DNA of 57,439 nucleotides from a virus, in IMG/VR virus record IMGVR_UViG_3300001349_000001, positions 1 through 57,439 of that record. One strand, written 5' to 3'. Of this stretch, positions 1 through 10,217 are shown piece by piece. The notes below the pieces were generated by a model. The model made no database searches and was not told the origin of the DNA. It saw only the letters and a list, made by a program, of their open reading frames with translations. Each line of letters opens with the position of its first letter. Position 1 is the stretch's first letter. Position numbers and translations under genes: made by a program.

Positions 1-78
1 TAAACTTTATCATGAATGGTCTTCATGAATCTTTAAATAATATATACGAATTATTAATGGATAAGGAGTATAAGCTTA
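1..78. repeat. Terminal overlap copy A (identical to 57362-57439)
   Basis: Base-by-base comparison of both contig ends. An ORF reads through the junction when the ends are joined. Confidence 0.95.
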
Positions 79-149
79 TAAAGATAGAGGTCATATCCTT
101 GACTAAAAAATTAAAAGAAATTAACGACTCCCTGCAAGATGAAATATAA
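3..149 (+). CDS. C-terminal part of a 62-aa junction-spanning hypothetical protein (N-terminal part at 57322-57439)
   Basis: Joining 57322-57439 to 79-149 gives one uninterrupted 189-nt ORF (MKIPPIEKKRIQNINFIMNG...SLQDEI*), co-oriented with the plus arm. Confidence 0.5.
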   Translation, partial: NFIMNGLHESLNNIYELLMDKEYKLIKIEVISLTKKLKEINDSLQDEI

Positions 150-858
150 AGATTATAGACCAAGGCTAAAGGGGAATAAGAAAATTGCTTACGAAAACCT
201 TAATAAAAAAGAAAGTAGAATTTTAGTAATAGGAGATCTACACGCACCCTTTGATTTAGAAGAGTACTTTGATCACTGTAAAGATACTTATGCTAAATAC
301 AACTGTAACAAAGTTTTATTTATTGGAGATGTCATCGACAATCATTACAGTTCCTACCATGAGACTGATGCAAATGGTATGGGTGGGGGTATGGAGCTTG
401 AATTAGCTATAGAGAGATTAGCTAGGTGGTATAAAGAATTTCCTGATGCAGATGTTACCATAGGTAATCATGACCGATTGATAATGAGAAAGGCTCAAAG
501 CAGTCAAGTACCTCAGCAATGGATAAGAGATTATAAAGATGTTTTAAATACACCTAAATGGAATTTTACAGAGAGAGTTGTGTATGATGGCGTTCAGTAT
601 ATACATGGTGAAGCGGGTACGGCTCGAACTAAATCTAAAGCAGATATGATGTCTACTGTCCAGGGCCATCTACATACTCAGTGTTATACTGAATGGAGCG
701 TAGGAGCTAACTTTAAAATATTTGGATGCCAAGTAGGTTGCGGTATAGACTTTAGCAGCTATGCACTAGCTTACGCAAAAGCAGGAAAGAAACCAGCTAT
801 AGGCTGTGCGGTTATTATAGGGGGTCACACCGCTATAAATGTTTTAATGAATTTATAA
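139..858 (+). CDS. Calcineurin-like metallophosphoesterase
   Basis: Ordered motifs GDLHAP, GDVIDNH, GNHD, HGE, GHLH typical of the metallophosphatase superfamily. Confidence 0.8.
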   Translation: MKYKDYRPRLKGNKKIAYENLNKKESRILVIGDLHAPFDLEEYFDHCKDTYAKYNCNKVLFIGDVIDNHYSSYHETDANGMGGGMELELAIERLARWYKEFPDADVTIGNHDRLIMRKAQSSQVPQQWIRDYKDVLNTPKWNFTERVVYDGVQYIHGEAGTARTKSKADMMSTVQGHLHTQCYTEWSVGANFKIFGCQVGCGIDFSSYALAYAKAGKKPAIGCAVIIGGHTAINVLMNL

Positions 859-953
859 TACAAAATAAAATGTACGAGCCTAAATATCCTAAGATAAACT
901 TTATTATAGTAGCATTAATGAATGCGTTGATTCTTTATCTTTTGTACGATTTT

Positions 954-1124
954 TTATTTTGAATTAACCCTTCTTCTTCTTTGAGACATTATTGAAGACT
1001 TCATTTTCTTTTCTCCTACACGCTTAGGCAATTTGCTAGAATTTGTTTCGTTCTCCCATCTCTTAGCAATCTCCGGGTGATTCTTGTACATGTATTTTCT
1101 TTGAGCTTGACTTTTGAATGGCAT
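954..1124 (-). CDS. Small basic hypothetical protein (56 aa, MPFKSQAQRKYMYKNHPEIAKRWENET...)
   Basis: Hand-translated ORF below the 60-aa track cut-off. Last gene of the minus arm, 9 nt after the 2314-aa gene. The N-terminal motif resembles small ORFs I recall from other phages (unverified). Confidence 0.5.
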   Translation of the reverse strand: MPFKSQAQRKYMYKNHPEIAKRWENETNSSKLPKRVGEKKMKSSIMSQRRRRVNSK

Positions 1125-1133
1125 ATATTTATT

Positions 1134-4100
1134 TTATTGCGACATCGCATCCTTTAATATCCTATTAATCTCATCAAGTTCCTCCTTAGCAAAATCAATA
1201 TCAACTCCTAATTCCTTTAAATCTTTATTAGTAAACTTGCCAGATTTTTTCTTATCAATTCCTGCAAATAATTTCTTCAGGTAAATTCTTCTGACATCTT
1301 TATAGAAAGGAATAAGTCCTATATTCCCTAATATTTCTAGTGGTATCCTCTCCTTGAGTTCTTTCAAATTTCTATCCCGGCCTTCCTTTTCTTTTAAGGT
1401 TTCAGATTTAGTATATACTTTTTGTGCTCTCTCAAGAGTTTTAGCTATAGGATTTAGCGGTCCAAGGGCAACTTGAGCTGCTCCTTTTATAAGACCTTCT
1501 TCTTTTAAACTTTCTTCAGTAAGAGGAGCGAAAACAATTGCATCTGTAAACCTATCATATTCCCCTTTTCTTAAAGACCCTAAGTATTCTTTATTAAATT
1601 CTTCTATAGCGTATGCAGGCAATAAGTTAGGGATATTACCCATACTTTTACGTGTTAATAATGTCAAGGCAGTACCTATTGCTTGACGGCTAATAACGTC
1701 TTCTATATCTTCATCTTCATCGTCATCATCAATAGCAAAGCCTAATGATTGAGCAAAGAATTGATCAAAGTTTTCATTAAGTATTTTATAAATTATAGGA
1801 TACATTGTCATTCTAGCTCCTACCCCTGTTAAAATTCCAATCGCTTGAGATTTACTTATATCTCCTTTCTTTTGTAAAGCACCTACTGCGTCCCTTGCTG
1901 TTGCGTATTCAAATAAACTAAAGTTGGCCATGAAGGAGTTTATTGTTCTGTAAAGATTCATAGATGCAGATGATCCAGATCTCTTCATGTTTTTAATCAC
2001 TCCTTTAAAAGGATTTCGAGTGGTGCTTACTCTTACTGAAGATTTGTCTGCCAAATCAACAGCCTTCTTTATCGAGTCTTTGTATTCTTTGCTTAAGTAT
2101 TTAGAAGTTCCATCTGCAATAGCCCTCATGTCAGCATCTGTCAATGCAATTCCTGTTTGTTTTTCAAACTCATAAGCAAAAGTCCCGAACCACATAGGTC
2201 TAGATACTGCTTGATCTGGAGTAGACATCATTCTTGAATTTATAGCATCTATCGCCTCGGCTGATTGCTTAGGCCCTAAATTCATTATAACTCCAATTGC
2301 ATTCTGCAAAGAACTTTTAGCACTTTTACTTTTAGGAGACACCTGAGTATAATCATTTAAATCAACAAACCTTGAGGACATCTTCTTTGGATCAAACAAT
2401 TTACTTCCCTCTGATGATCCAAGGTTAATTAATATATCAAGACCTAATTTTCCTCCAGAAAGAGATAGGTTTTTAAATCTTTTAAAACCTATTGCTGCAG
2501 CTTTAGGGTTAGAAAGAGCCATGGTTATGTTGGAAATAAATTCAGCGCCCATCCTAGTAACAGATGCTAGTATAGCTTGATAAGCAAATTTTTCTATATC
2601 ACCTACAAGTTTAGATGCTGTCGATACGCTTTTCATTGTCTCTCCAAAAGTAACTTTAAGAACCTCATTCATTGATTTTTTTAACGCAGACGCAGCTTTC
2701 ACCGCATCTTTATTCTCAGAGTCAACACCTTTCTCTACTTTATTAATGGTTTTATTTACAGTCCTTACAGGCAATGTCATGTAATAATCTAGATTGGTTT
2801 CTTGTAAACCCCTTTGAGCAGATGTGGAAGGATCGAAGTCAATGGGCTTAGCTCCTTTTGTTCTTTCTAAGAAAGTCCCTGATTTTGTTGATGGGTTTAT
2901 GAAATTGTTAATCTTATTGTCTAGCTCTATTTGTTCGCTACCCCTGTCTCCAGATAGAACTACCCTATGTGAATATCCATTTAATAAATCAATTCTATTA
3001 GATCTTATTACAGAAGAAGCGAATTTAGCTTTCTCAGCTAGCGAATTATTTACTTCATCGTATATTTTAAGAGCTTTCTTTTCTCCTGAAGTTAAACTTT
3101 TCTCTAATTTACTTAAACTAATCTCTCCGTCTACAGTAAACTCTTCACGAAGTTTTTTTAGTATATCTCTATCATTATTAAGTCCTTCTTTATCTAAATA
3201 ATCAATCGTTAAATCAATAAAGCTTTTAGCGCTTGGAGCTTTTGGATTAGTTTTTCCGTCGATCATATTAAGATCGTGCTCTCTAGCTATCTGAAGTAAT
3301 CTTATCTTGTATTTTTTAGCTACAATTTTATTTATACTTTTTCCTGTCCTTGATAGCTTCCTTGCCGCACCCAATCCGTCATACTCTAAAGCTTTCTCAG
3401 CTAAATTAATTTTAGCAAATCCTCTGTCAGTAGCTACTTTAAATTGTTCGTAAGCCTTGGCTATTATGCCAAACGTATTGTCATATACAACAGTGCTATT
3501 AAAATTTCCAAGAGCATTATCTATAAATACTGTAGGGGAAGATCTTATTTTATCTAGAATTAAATTAGTTCCAGAGGGAGTTTTTTTATTTAAAGCTATC
3601 TTAATTTTACTACTTAAGTTTTTAAAGTTTTGCATTACACCCTTAAAGCTAACTTTATTTATAGGGTTTAATGCTAATTTAGAGTTTTTGTTAGAGTCTA
3701 CCTCTGTAAGTATCTCTACCGCAGCAGCCGTAACAACCCCAGCCTTTAAATTACCCATAACAGCTCTTAAGGTTTCTATCGTAGAATAGTCAGGCTCCCC
3801 TTTCTTTTCTTTAATTAAACCTTTAATGTCTTCTTCGCTAAGATTAGTTATGTCTTCAGCAATATCCCTAGATTCTTTAGACTCAATTTTATTTAAATCT
3901 ACTTCTGTTTCTTTAATTTCAGATATAGCTTCTTCTACATTGTACTCTTCAGGTATTTTAGTTTGTTCGCCAGCCTCTTCTATTTCATTTTCGACCTCAA
4001 AGTTTATAGAATTAATTATATCTTCCGCAAGTTTAGTGTCTGCTCCAACGTCTTCTATTTCTAAAACTTTTTTAGAAGCCCCATATCTATTCATTAATTC

Positions 4101-7100
4101 TTCAAATGAGTCTAATTTATCTAGAGGTATTAATGCGACATCTATATTAGCTAATTGCTGTAACGCATCTTTTAAAGCATTATTCTGATCTCCAATTTTC
4201 GACTTTATATTTGACTTAACTTTCTTTTGTTTTGCCTTAGCGGCACGAAGCCTATTAGCTATAGAAGCAGATTCCAACACTTGAGTTACGTAATCTATAA
4301 GACCATCTACTTGTTTTTCAGACAGAAGATTAGTTCTTAAAGCTCTAGATATTAATGTTTTAGCTTTAAAAGAACTTAATGTTCCTGTGGACTTTAACTT
4401 TTTTATGTAATCAATCACAGATGTAGCTGCTTTTCTATAAGCAGAAACAGATTCTTTAGCGGCCTTAGCCTCTAGTTTTATCTGATCTCTTAAGGCTTTA
4501 CTTTCATCTACAGTAACTTTCTTTGGCTTGTCTTTTGTTATCTTGTCTGGATCAGGCCCTTTCTTTTTTCCAAATACCCCCGGCTCAGTAGCTTCTTTTT
4601 GAGCCTGAACATCCGCTTGTTCTTTAGCGACACTAAGAGGCTCTCTATTTGGATCTATATTTATTACAGTATTTATGTTTGTAGGAGTGGCCTCTACCCC
4701 GGTAAGCTCCTTAAACTTTTCTTTTAAAGAAGTAAGGGTGTTCTTGTCTACGCCTTTCTTACCAGCAAGAACATTTAATGCCTCAGCGTTAGGATTGTTT
4801 TTCATAAACTCAACAACCTCTTCTAAAGTTACATTTTCTTCACCAACAAAATCTACCCATCCGTCCTTTAAACTAACACCATCTTTACTTATCCAAGCGC
4901 TTGTTAAACCAAAATCACTAGGATCTACTCCGGTTACCTCTATCCAGCTTTCAGGGGTAAACTTTACACCTATAAGTGGATTTAATTTATCATCATCAAA
5001 TAAAGTTCTTTTCTCAGAAGATTCTTCTTTTATTAGTTGCTCTTCATTAACTATCGCTTCAGCGATTTCTTTAGGATTATTACTTGTGTCTGCTATCTCC
5101 TGGTTTAATTGACCGGGAGTAATCCCTTCAGACTTTATTTCTGATCGCTGCCCTTCATTAACATCTATAATAGACTCTAAATATTCTTTCTCAGCTCTCT
5201 TTCGAGCCTTATCACTTACAGGTTTCCCTGTTTTTTTATTAACTACAGATTCAATTTGACCCTCCTCATTAAAGTTTATTTGTGTAGAAGTTACACCTCC
5301 TTTTGGTCCTCTAAGTATAAAAGGTTCTTTGATTGAGGGCTTAGTTTCTAAGCCAACAGCTTTCTTCTGGCGTGAAGATAGTCTATCAATTTTATTTTGA
5401 GACATTATCTCTGTGATAGGCTTCGATTCAGAAGATACAATTTCTCCGTAAGCACGCTCTACATAGTCTTTATTAGACAACGTATTGTCTTTTGAAACCA
5501 TCTCTCTACTTCTAGCTCCATCAATAATCATTGAGACCTCTCTTGATCCGTCTAAATTTGTTTTAACTTCTACAGTTGTATTAGTCCCATCTGGACTTTG
5601 CATATCCACCTCAAAGACCTCAGCTTCTTTTACTACTTGATTATCTCTAAGTCTTTCTTCTTCTGACACAGGAGATTCTTGAATCGTTTCCTCTGGCTGA
5701 TCTTCCTTCTGCTCTTCTGACTTTACCTGCTGAGTATCTCGATCTTTAACTATCTTAATCTGCTCATCAATATCTGCTATTTTTTGATCTTGCTCTTCCT
5801 TAAGAGGACCTTCTAATCCTTCTCGTTGTTCTTTAAGTCTTTGTCTTTGATTTAATAAATCAGACATTTCAACCATATTATCTGACTCTACAATAGTACC
5901 TTTAGTTCTATTCTCAGCAGTTTGCATAGCATATATTTCTTCGTATGCTAATTTCCCTTCCTCTGGAGTTAGTTGTTTTTCAGAGACTAAATTATCAATA
6001 GTTCCCTCTAAGTTGTCTACATTTCTAGCTACATATCTTACAGCATCAGCTCTCTTGTTCCCGCTCAATAAATTTTTAGAACCTAAGCTTGATGTTGCCC
6101 CTATGGTAAGAACAACAGTCTCTATTATTTCGCTAGACTTAAGAGCACTGCTTCTAACATTCAAGTCTGTAATTGAATTAACAACAGCGTTTATTCCTTT
6201 TTCTGAAAATAAAACAGGAAGTTCTTCTATAGCTACCTCTTTAAGGTTTTCATTTACTAAGTCCTTAATCTTTCTATTAAATTTATCTTTAGAAAAAGTC
6301 TTTCCTTCTTTTTTTACAAAATCTACAATGCCTTTTTTTATTCCCTGAACACTACTCAAAATTTTAGTATTACTTCCAGCTAGGCCTGAAAAAACCCCAT
6401 CTAATGTAGCTATAGCATTTCCAGCTCCTGCGGCAATCGATAATGCTTCGTTTTCAGTTAAACCAGATCTAACTAAGTCAGCTCTCATATCTTCTACTGA
6501 TTGAGCCGACGTACTTGCATATGAAGCTAACCCCATTCCAACTCCAGGAGAAATCGGAAGCTTACTGCTTAATCTTTTTCCACCTCTTATTAAAGCGAAA
6601 AGATTTACCATTGTTTGAACTCCTGTTTGAGCAAGCGCACCACCAGCCCAAGACACCTCAGTGAATTTAACATTCTTTGATCTATCTTGAATCTTCTTTA
6701 ATTTATCTTCAGGAAGTATTCCGTATAGGCTTACGTTTGTAATGGGGTCTATAACATCTCCATCGTCTGTTACTACATAATCCTTTCCTTCAAATACAAC
6801 GTTTTTTCCTTCAATGAACCCTGTTCTTTGAACAGGCCCCACTTCTTGCATCATTGATTCAGAAGTATCTAGCAATGACTCTGTTATACCCGCTAAGACT
6901 CCTTTCTTATCAGCTCCTGCTGCGGCAGCAGTTTGATCTAACAAAGATGTTAGTGAAGCCGCTGTTCCTAATGCAAAACTAGTTATTGTAGTAGGTATTG
7001 TTTTTGCTATTTCACCAGCCTCAGTGAATAATTGAGTATTACCACCTTTTTGTCCAGCTTCATAAACCCTCTTTCTTCTATCAAGATCTAGCTTTGATGT

Positions 7101-8078
7101 TAACTCGGTAAACTTTGGGAATAAATCTGCTATTCCCGATAAAAGAGTAGACTCTTCTGTTAATCTACCTTCAAGCTGCTTCTTTATATTTAGTAATTCT
7201 AATTTATCTTTAGGGTCTAGCGCTAATTGTAGTTTAGAATTTATAGTTTTAATATCTTCCTGAAGATTACCTATTATTTCATTCTTATAAGAAGCTAATC
7301 TTTCTATATTCTTTTTTTCATCAGCAAACTCCTCGCCTTCATCTGTAGCAATCGCCTCTTTTATAAATTTAAAAGAAGCTAATTCTTCTCGCTGAGTATT
7401 TTGCTCCCACTTAGAATAATCTTCTTCATTTATTTTAAGAGACTTAAGGATATTTTGATCTATTTCAGTAGGTTTTAACTCTACTTCGTCATCTAGTTCT
7501 CTTTGTGCTGGTTTAGATAGCCCTGAAGATAGATCTGTTATTATATTTCTAGAAGACTTGTCTGTTAAATACGTTGAATATATTGAAGAAACATCTTCTT
7601 CCTCTGTCCCAATAGACGGCACATCTCCAAATTTACGTCTTCTTAATGCCGCATCTACATCAATTCCTTGCTCTTCTAAAAATTTTCTCTGATCCTCTAT
7701 CTCTTTTGGCGAGATATCAACTTTAGTCTCTATTAATACTTCAGGTATTTCAGGAGCTACTTCGGTAGGAATTTCTTTTTGAGGCTCAGGAAAAGTTAAA
7801 TCTTTCTTTAATACCTCTGGCTGACTATCTGTACTTGAAGAATCCAATGAACCATCCTCTGAATCTGAATCCAAAACGGGTTCGTCTTTTTTTTTTACGC
7901 CTACTAGCGCTTCAAAATCCTCAATTGTCTTTTGATAACCTTGACTTTTAATGTAATTGTAATTGTCCTGTAAAACATCTCTGTTACTACCTATTAAAAC
8001 CGAAAAATCTTCTATGGTTTTTGGATAACCTTGAGATACAGCTCTATTAAATAAATCTTGTAATACCTTTTGTTCCAT
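1134..8078 (-). CDS. Giant virion-associated protein (2314 aa); internal/ejection-protein or tape-measure-like
   Basis: Uninterrupted 6.9-kb ORF at the distal end of the structural arm. Long Lys/Glu-rich coiled-coil-like stretches and a duplicated SQGY(P/Q)KTIEDF motif at the N-terminus. No enzymatic motif recognised. Confidence 0.55.
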   Translation of the reverse strand: MEQKVLQDLFNRAVSQGYPKTIEDFSVLIGSNRDVLQDNYNYIKSQGYQKTIEDFEALVGVKKKDEPVLDSDSEDGSLDSSSTDSQPEVLKKDLTFPEPQKEIPTEVAPEIPEVLIETKVDISPKEIEDQRKFLEEQGIDVDAALRRRKFGDVPSIGTEEEDVSSIYSTYLTDKSSRNIITDLSSGLSKPAQRELDDEVELKPTEIDQNILKSLKINEEDYSKWEQNTQREELASFKFIKEAIATDEGEEFADEKKNIERLASYKNEIIGNLQEDIKTINSKLQLALDPKDKLELLNIKKQLEGRLTEESTLLSGIADLFPKFTELTSKLDLDRRKRVYEAGQKGGNTQLFTEAGEIAKTIPTTITSFALGTAASLTSLLDQTAAAAGADKKGVLAGITESLLDTSESMMQEVGPVQRTGFIEGKNVVFEGKDYVVTDDGDVIDPITNVSLYGILPEDKLKKIQDRSKNVKFTEVSWAGGALAQTGVQTMVNLFALIRGGKRLSSKLPISPGVGMGLASYASTSAQSVEDMRADLVRSGLTENEALSIAAGAGNAIATLDGVFSGLAGSNTKILSSVQGIKKGIVDFVKKEGKTFSKDKFNRKIKDLVNENLKEVAIEELPVLFSEKGINAVVNSITDLNVRSSALKSSEIIETVVLTIGATSSLGSKNLLSGNKRADAVRYVARNVDNLEGTIDNLVSEKQLTPEEGKLAYEEIYAMQTAENRTKGTIVESDNMVEMSDLLNQRQRLKEQREGLEGPLKEEQDQKIADIDEQIKIVKDRDTQQVKSEEQKEDQPEETIQESPVSEEERLRDNQVVKEAEVFEVDMQSPDGTNTTVEVKTNLDGSREVSMIIDGARSREMVSKDNTLSNKDYVERAYGEIVSSESKPITEIMSQNKIDRLSSRQKKAVGLETKPSIKEPFILRGPKGGVTSTQINFNEEGQIESVVNKKTGKPVSDKARKRAEKEYLESIIDVNEGQRSEIKSEGITPGQLNQEIADTSNNPKEIAEAIVNEEQLIKEESSEKRTLFDDDKLNPLIGVKFTPESWIEVTGVDPSDFGLTSAWISKDGVSLKDGWVDFVGEENVTLEEVVEFMKNNPNAEALNVLAGKKGVDKNTLTSLKEKFKELTGVEATPTNINTVINIDPNREPLSVAKEQADVQAQKEATEPGVFGKKKGPDPDKITKDKPKKVTVDESKALRDQIKLEAKAAKESVSAYRKAATSVIDYIKKLKSTGTLSSFKAKTLISRALRTNLLSEKQVDGLIDYVTQVLESASIANRLRAAKAKQKKVKSNIKSKIGDQNNALKDALQQLANIDVALIPLDKLDSFEELMNRYGASKKVLEIEDVGADTKLAEDIINSINFEVENEIEEAGEQTKIPEEYNVEEAISEIKETEVDLNKIESKESRDIAEDITNLSEEDIKGLIKEKKGEPDYSTIETLRAVMGNLKAGVVTAAAVEILTEVDSNKNSKLALNPINKVSFKGVMQNFKNLSSKIKIALNKKTPSGTNLILDKIRSSPTVFIDNALGNFNSTVVYDNTFGIIAKAYEQFKVATDRGFAKINLAEKALEYDGLGAARKLSRTGKSINKIVAKKYKIRLLQIAREHDLNMIDGKTNPKAPSAKSFIDLTIDYLDKEGLNNDRDILKKLREEFTVDGEISLSKLEKSLTSGEKKALKIYDEVNNSLAEKAKFASSVIRSNRIDLLNGYSHRVVLSGDRGSEQIELDNKINNFINPSTKSGTFLERTKGAKPIDFDPSTSAQRGLQETNLDYYMTLPVRTVNKTINKVEKGVDSENKDAVKAASALKKSMNEVLKVTFGETMKSVSTASKLVGDIEKFAYQAILASVTRMGAEFISNITMALSNPKAAAIGFKRFKNLSLSGGKLGLDILINLGSSEGSKLFDPKKMSSRFVDLNDYTQVSPKSKSAKSSLQNAIGVIMNLGPKQSAEAIDAINSRMMSTPDQAVSRPMWFGTFAYEFEKQTGIALTDADMRAIADGTSKYLSKEYKDSIKKAVDLADKSSVRVSTTRNPFKGVIKNMKRSGSSASMNLYRTINSFMANFSLFEYATARDAVGALQKKGDISKSQAIGILTGVGARMTMYPIIYKILNENFDQFFAQSLGFAIDDDDEDEDIEDVISRQAIGTALTLLTRKSMGNIPNLLPAYAIEEFNKEYLGSLRKGEYDRFTDAIVFAPLTEESLKEEGLIKGAAQVALGPLNPIAKTLERAQKVYTKSETLKEKEGRDRNLKELKERIPLEILGNIGLIPFYKDVRRIYLKKLFAGIDKKKSGKFTNKDLKELGVDIDFAKEELDEINRILKDAMSQ

Positions 8079-8087
8079 AGGTTTTAA

Positions 8088-9509
8088 TTAAAATTGGGTG
8101 TAATCTACAGGTTGATTGCTTTCTTTTAAATCAGGTTTATACCTTAACATATACGCTATTAATTCCTCTTTATTTTTAGGCTTAAGGTACTCTTTAATTG
8201 CAGCTTTAATAGACTCTTCGTCATATCTTTTATCCCCTCGGCCTTTAAACATAGAATCCCTTAAATCTAGAGTTAGGTCGTCGTCTTTCCAAGTTACTTT
8301 ACCTTTAATCTCATCACCAAAAAAAGCGGTTTCTTCGATGTCTATGTATTTTGAAAGCTTGCTCTTAAGCTTAACTACCTCTTCTTCCACCCCAAGATCT
8401 ATACCGCTAAAATCTATAGCGTCAATAAACCTATTTTGTATGGTAGCTAATTCCTCGTAAGAAACATCTTCTGTATCTTGATTGGGACGGCTCATTAAAT
8501 ACCTTTTATATTCTCTATCAAGACGATTAGCTTCCGATACCTCAATATCTAATGAAGATTCAAATAATCCATCGACGTATTGACGAGCGGCTTCCATTTG
8601 TTTTTTTCCATTTACGCTTTCAAAGTTTACGCTTCCGTCAGGTTCTATTAATATTAATTTATCGTTTTTAGCAGCTTCATTTTTATCTCTAGTAAAATTA
8701 TAGCCCAACATGCTATCCGCAAGTATACTTGAAGTGTTGTCTTCATTTGCTAAAATAGAAGTTATCATATCTTCCTTCGCCTTATTCATTTGCTCCCTAC
8801 GCTCTTTAGTTCCATAGACCTCATTAAGAGGCATCTTAACTTTTTTACCAAATGCGTCTGTAAAAGAGACATCTCCTAAATTATCAACAACATCTTTAAC
8901 AGCTTTGTTTACATCATACCTGTCATACTCCGCAGTTGATAACCTGAGAAGTTCAGATACATTTGAAAAATCATTTGGATTTGAAGATAAGTTTCCGTCA
9001 GAATCTCTTTTAGCTACATTAACCTCTGCTGTTAACGGATTAATATAAGCTCCCGTTCCGCTAAAATTCATAAACCCTTCCATTTGGCTTCGGAGATATA
9101 TCTCTCTTTTACTGCTCTTCATTGTTTGAGCACGCTCCATAGCCTTGTCATAATTAGCGTTAAAGCCTTTTCCTGCTTGAAACATAAGCGCTGTACCCTG
9201 GTCTAGGTTAGCTCTTTTTCTATAGTAATCTCTTTCCTTAATTCTTCCAGACTTTAAATCTGCAAGATCTTGTCTTGCCTGCTCCATGGCATCATTGGAA
9301 AAATCTGCCATAAACCTATTTACTTCAGCGTTACTTCCTTGTGGTTGATCTAATAAATCTTTTGCATATTTAGAGCTAGCTGTATCAATAGCTTCTTTTC
9401 TACCTTCTCTATCTTTTACTTCTGCTGATATCGCATCCGTCATCTGTTTACCGATGTCGGCCCAATTTATTTGCGTAGGTTGAGAGTCTCTTACGTAACC
9501 GTATCCCAT
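8088..9509 (-). CDS. Virion structural protein, possible internal virion protein (473 aa)
   Basis: ORF tightly packed between the 229-aa and 2314-aa genes. The functional call is positional only. Confidence 0.45.
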   Translation of the reverse strand: MGYGYVRDSQPTQINWADIGKQMTDAISAEVKDREGRKEAIDTASSKYAKDLLDQPQGSNAEVNRFMADFSNDAMEQARQDLADLKSGRIKERDYYRKRANLDQGTALMFQAGKGFNANYDKAMERAQTMKSSKREIYLRSQMEGFMNFSGTGAYINPLTAEVNVAKRDSDGNLSSNPNDFSNVSELLRLSTAEYDRYDVNKAVKDVVDNLGDVSFTDAFGKKVKMPLNEVYGTKERREQMNKAKEDMITSILANEDNTSSILADSMLGYNFTRDKNEAAKNDKLILIEPDGSVNFESVNGKKQMEAARQYVDGLFESSLDIEVSEANRLDREYKRYLMSRPNQDTEDVSYEELATIQNRFIDAIDFSGIDLGVEEEVVKLKSKLSKYIDIEETAFFGDEIKGKVTWKDDDLTLDLRDSMFKGRGDKRYDEESIKAAIKEYLKPKNKEELIAYMLRYKPDLKESNQPVDYTQF

Positions 9510-9526
9510 ATTATAATTTATTTAAA

Positions 9527-10216
9527 CTAAGCGTTCCTCGTTGTTGAAAGTGCGTTTAAGTACTCTGGATCAAAAATGTCATTGTTAAGATCCAGAGATG
9601 CGTCACTATTAATAACTCCTCCGGGCGGTACAAGTTGCTTTTGAAGAGCTGAGTCATTTTTTCCATATAAACCAGGCAGCTTTAATGCTTGAGTTCCTAT
9701 ATTCACTAATCCTGTAGCGGCCTGTTGCGTTGCTGCAGATGCAGCAGCTCTAGCGTCTGCGGCTTCTTTTTCAAATCCTTCGGCTGTTTTTGTTTCTATT
9801 GTTGCTAATTCACCGGCAAGCCTAGCGTCTTCTTTCGCGGCTAATTTTTGTAGCGTCAATAAATCTTCTGTCATGCCAATCCTAGATCCTTGTTGAGCTT
9901 TCTGTAAAGCAGCTAAACCTTTTCCTGCAGTTACTGCTGCTCCACGAGATTCGCCTTCTTGCCCAGCTTGAACAATTTGTTGAGCTCCAGATAAAAAAGC
10001 TTCTCTCTCTAATTCGTAAGCCTCCTTGTTTATAGATAAACCTTCTAGGTAATTAACAGATAGTTGTTTTCGAGCTTCCTCCATAGCTTTATCTGCTTCT
10101 GCAGCTGCATCCTGAGCTGCACTTCTTTGCTTGCCTGCTTGGACAAAACTTGCTGCCGTACTTCCTGCACTCATTGCTAATCCAATTCCTGTTGCAATTG
10201 TTGAAAACATCGCCAT
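9527..10216 (-). CDS. Ala/Gln-rich protein with hydrophobic N-terminus, possible internal virion protein (229 aa)
   Basis: N-terminal hydrophobic segment (MAMFSTIATGIGLAMSAGSTAASF) followed by an Ala/Gln/Glu-rich helical sequence. Position resembles the small internal proteins of podoviruses. Confidence 0.4.
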   Translation of the reverse strand: MAMFSTIATGIGLAMSAGSTAASFVQAGKQRSAAQDAAAEADKAMEEARKQLSVNYLEGLSINKEAYELEREAFLSGAQQIVQAGQEGESRGAAVTAGKGLAALQKAQQGSRIGMTEDLLTLQKLAAKEDARLAGELATIETKTAEGFEKEAADARAAASAATQQAATGLVNIGTQALKLPGLYGKNDSALQKQLVPPGGVINSDASLDLNNDIFDPEYLNALSTTRNA

Positions 10217-10217
10217 A

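Noticed and set aside
869-961. A 30-aa hydrophobic plus-strand ORF in the convergence zone between the two arms
   Set aside because: It is very short, overlaps the 3' end of the 56-aa minus-strand ORF, and has no supporting signal.
1987-6348. Plus-strand ORFs of 62-145 aa inside the 2314-aa gene (1987-2175, 2824-3201, 3457-3789, 3826-4188, 4675-5112, 6013-6348)
   Set aside because: All are antisense to one long uninterrupted ORF. Their Ser/Leu/Phe-rich, low-complexity translations are typical of the reverse strand of Lys/Glu-rich genes. None has start-context support.
8116-8460. The antisense 114-aa ORF here, and similar ORFs nested inside larger genes: antisense ones at 17038-17274, 23511-23732, 23977-24183, 26870-27070, 29453-29749, 33822-34022, 34270-34479, 35193-35378, 36866-37276, 37343-37540, 37892-38077, 38834-39025, 46209-46493 and 47604-47795, and same-strand out-of-frame ones at 13793-13993 and 15513-15695
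   Set aside because: Each lies entirely within a longer, better-supported gene, either on the opposite strand or out of frame on the same strand, and each has a low-complexity translation. I treat them as spurious.
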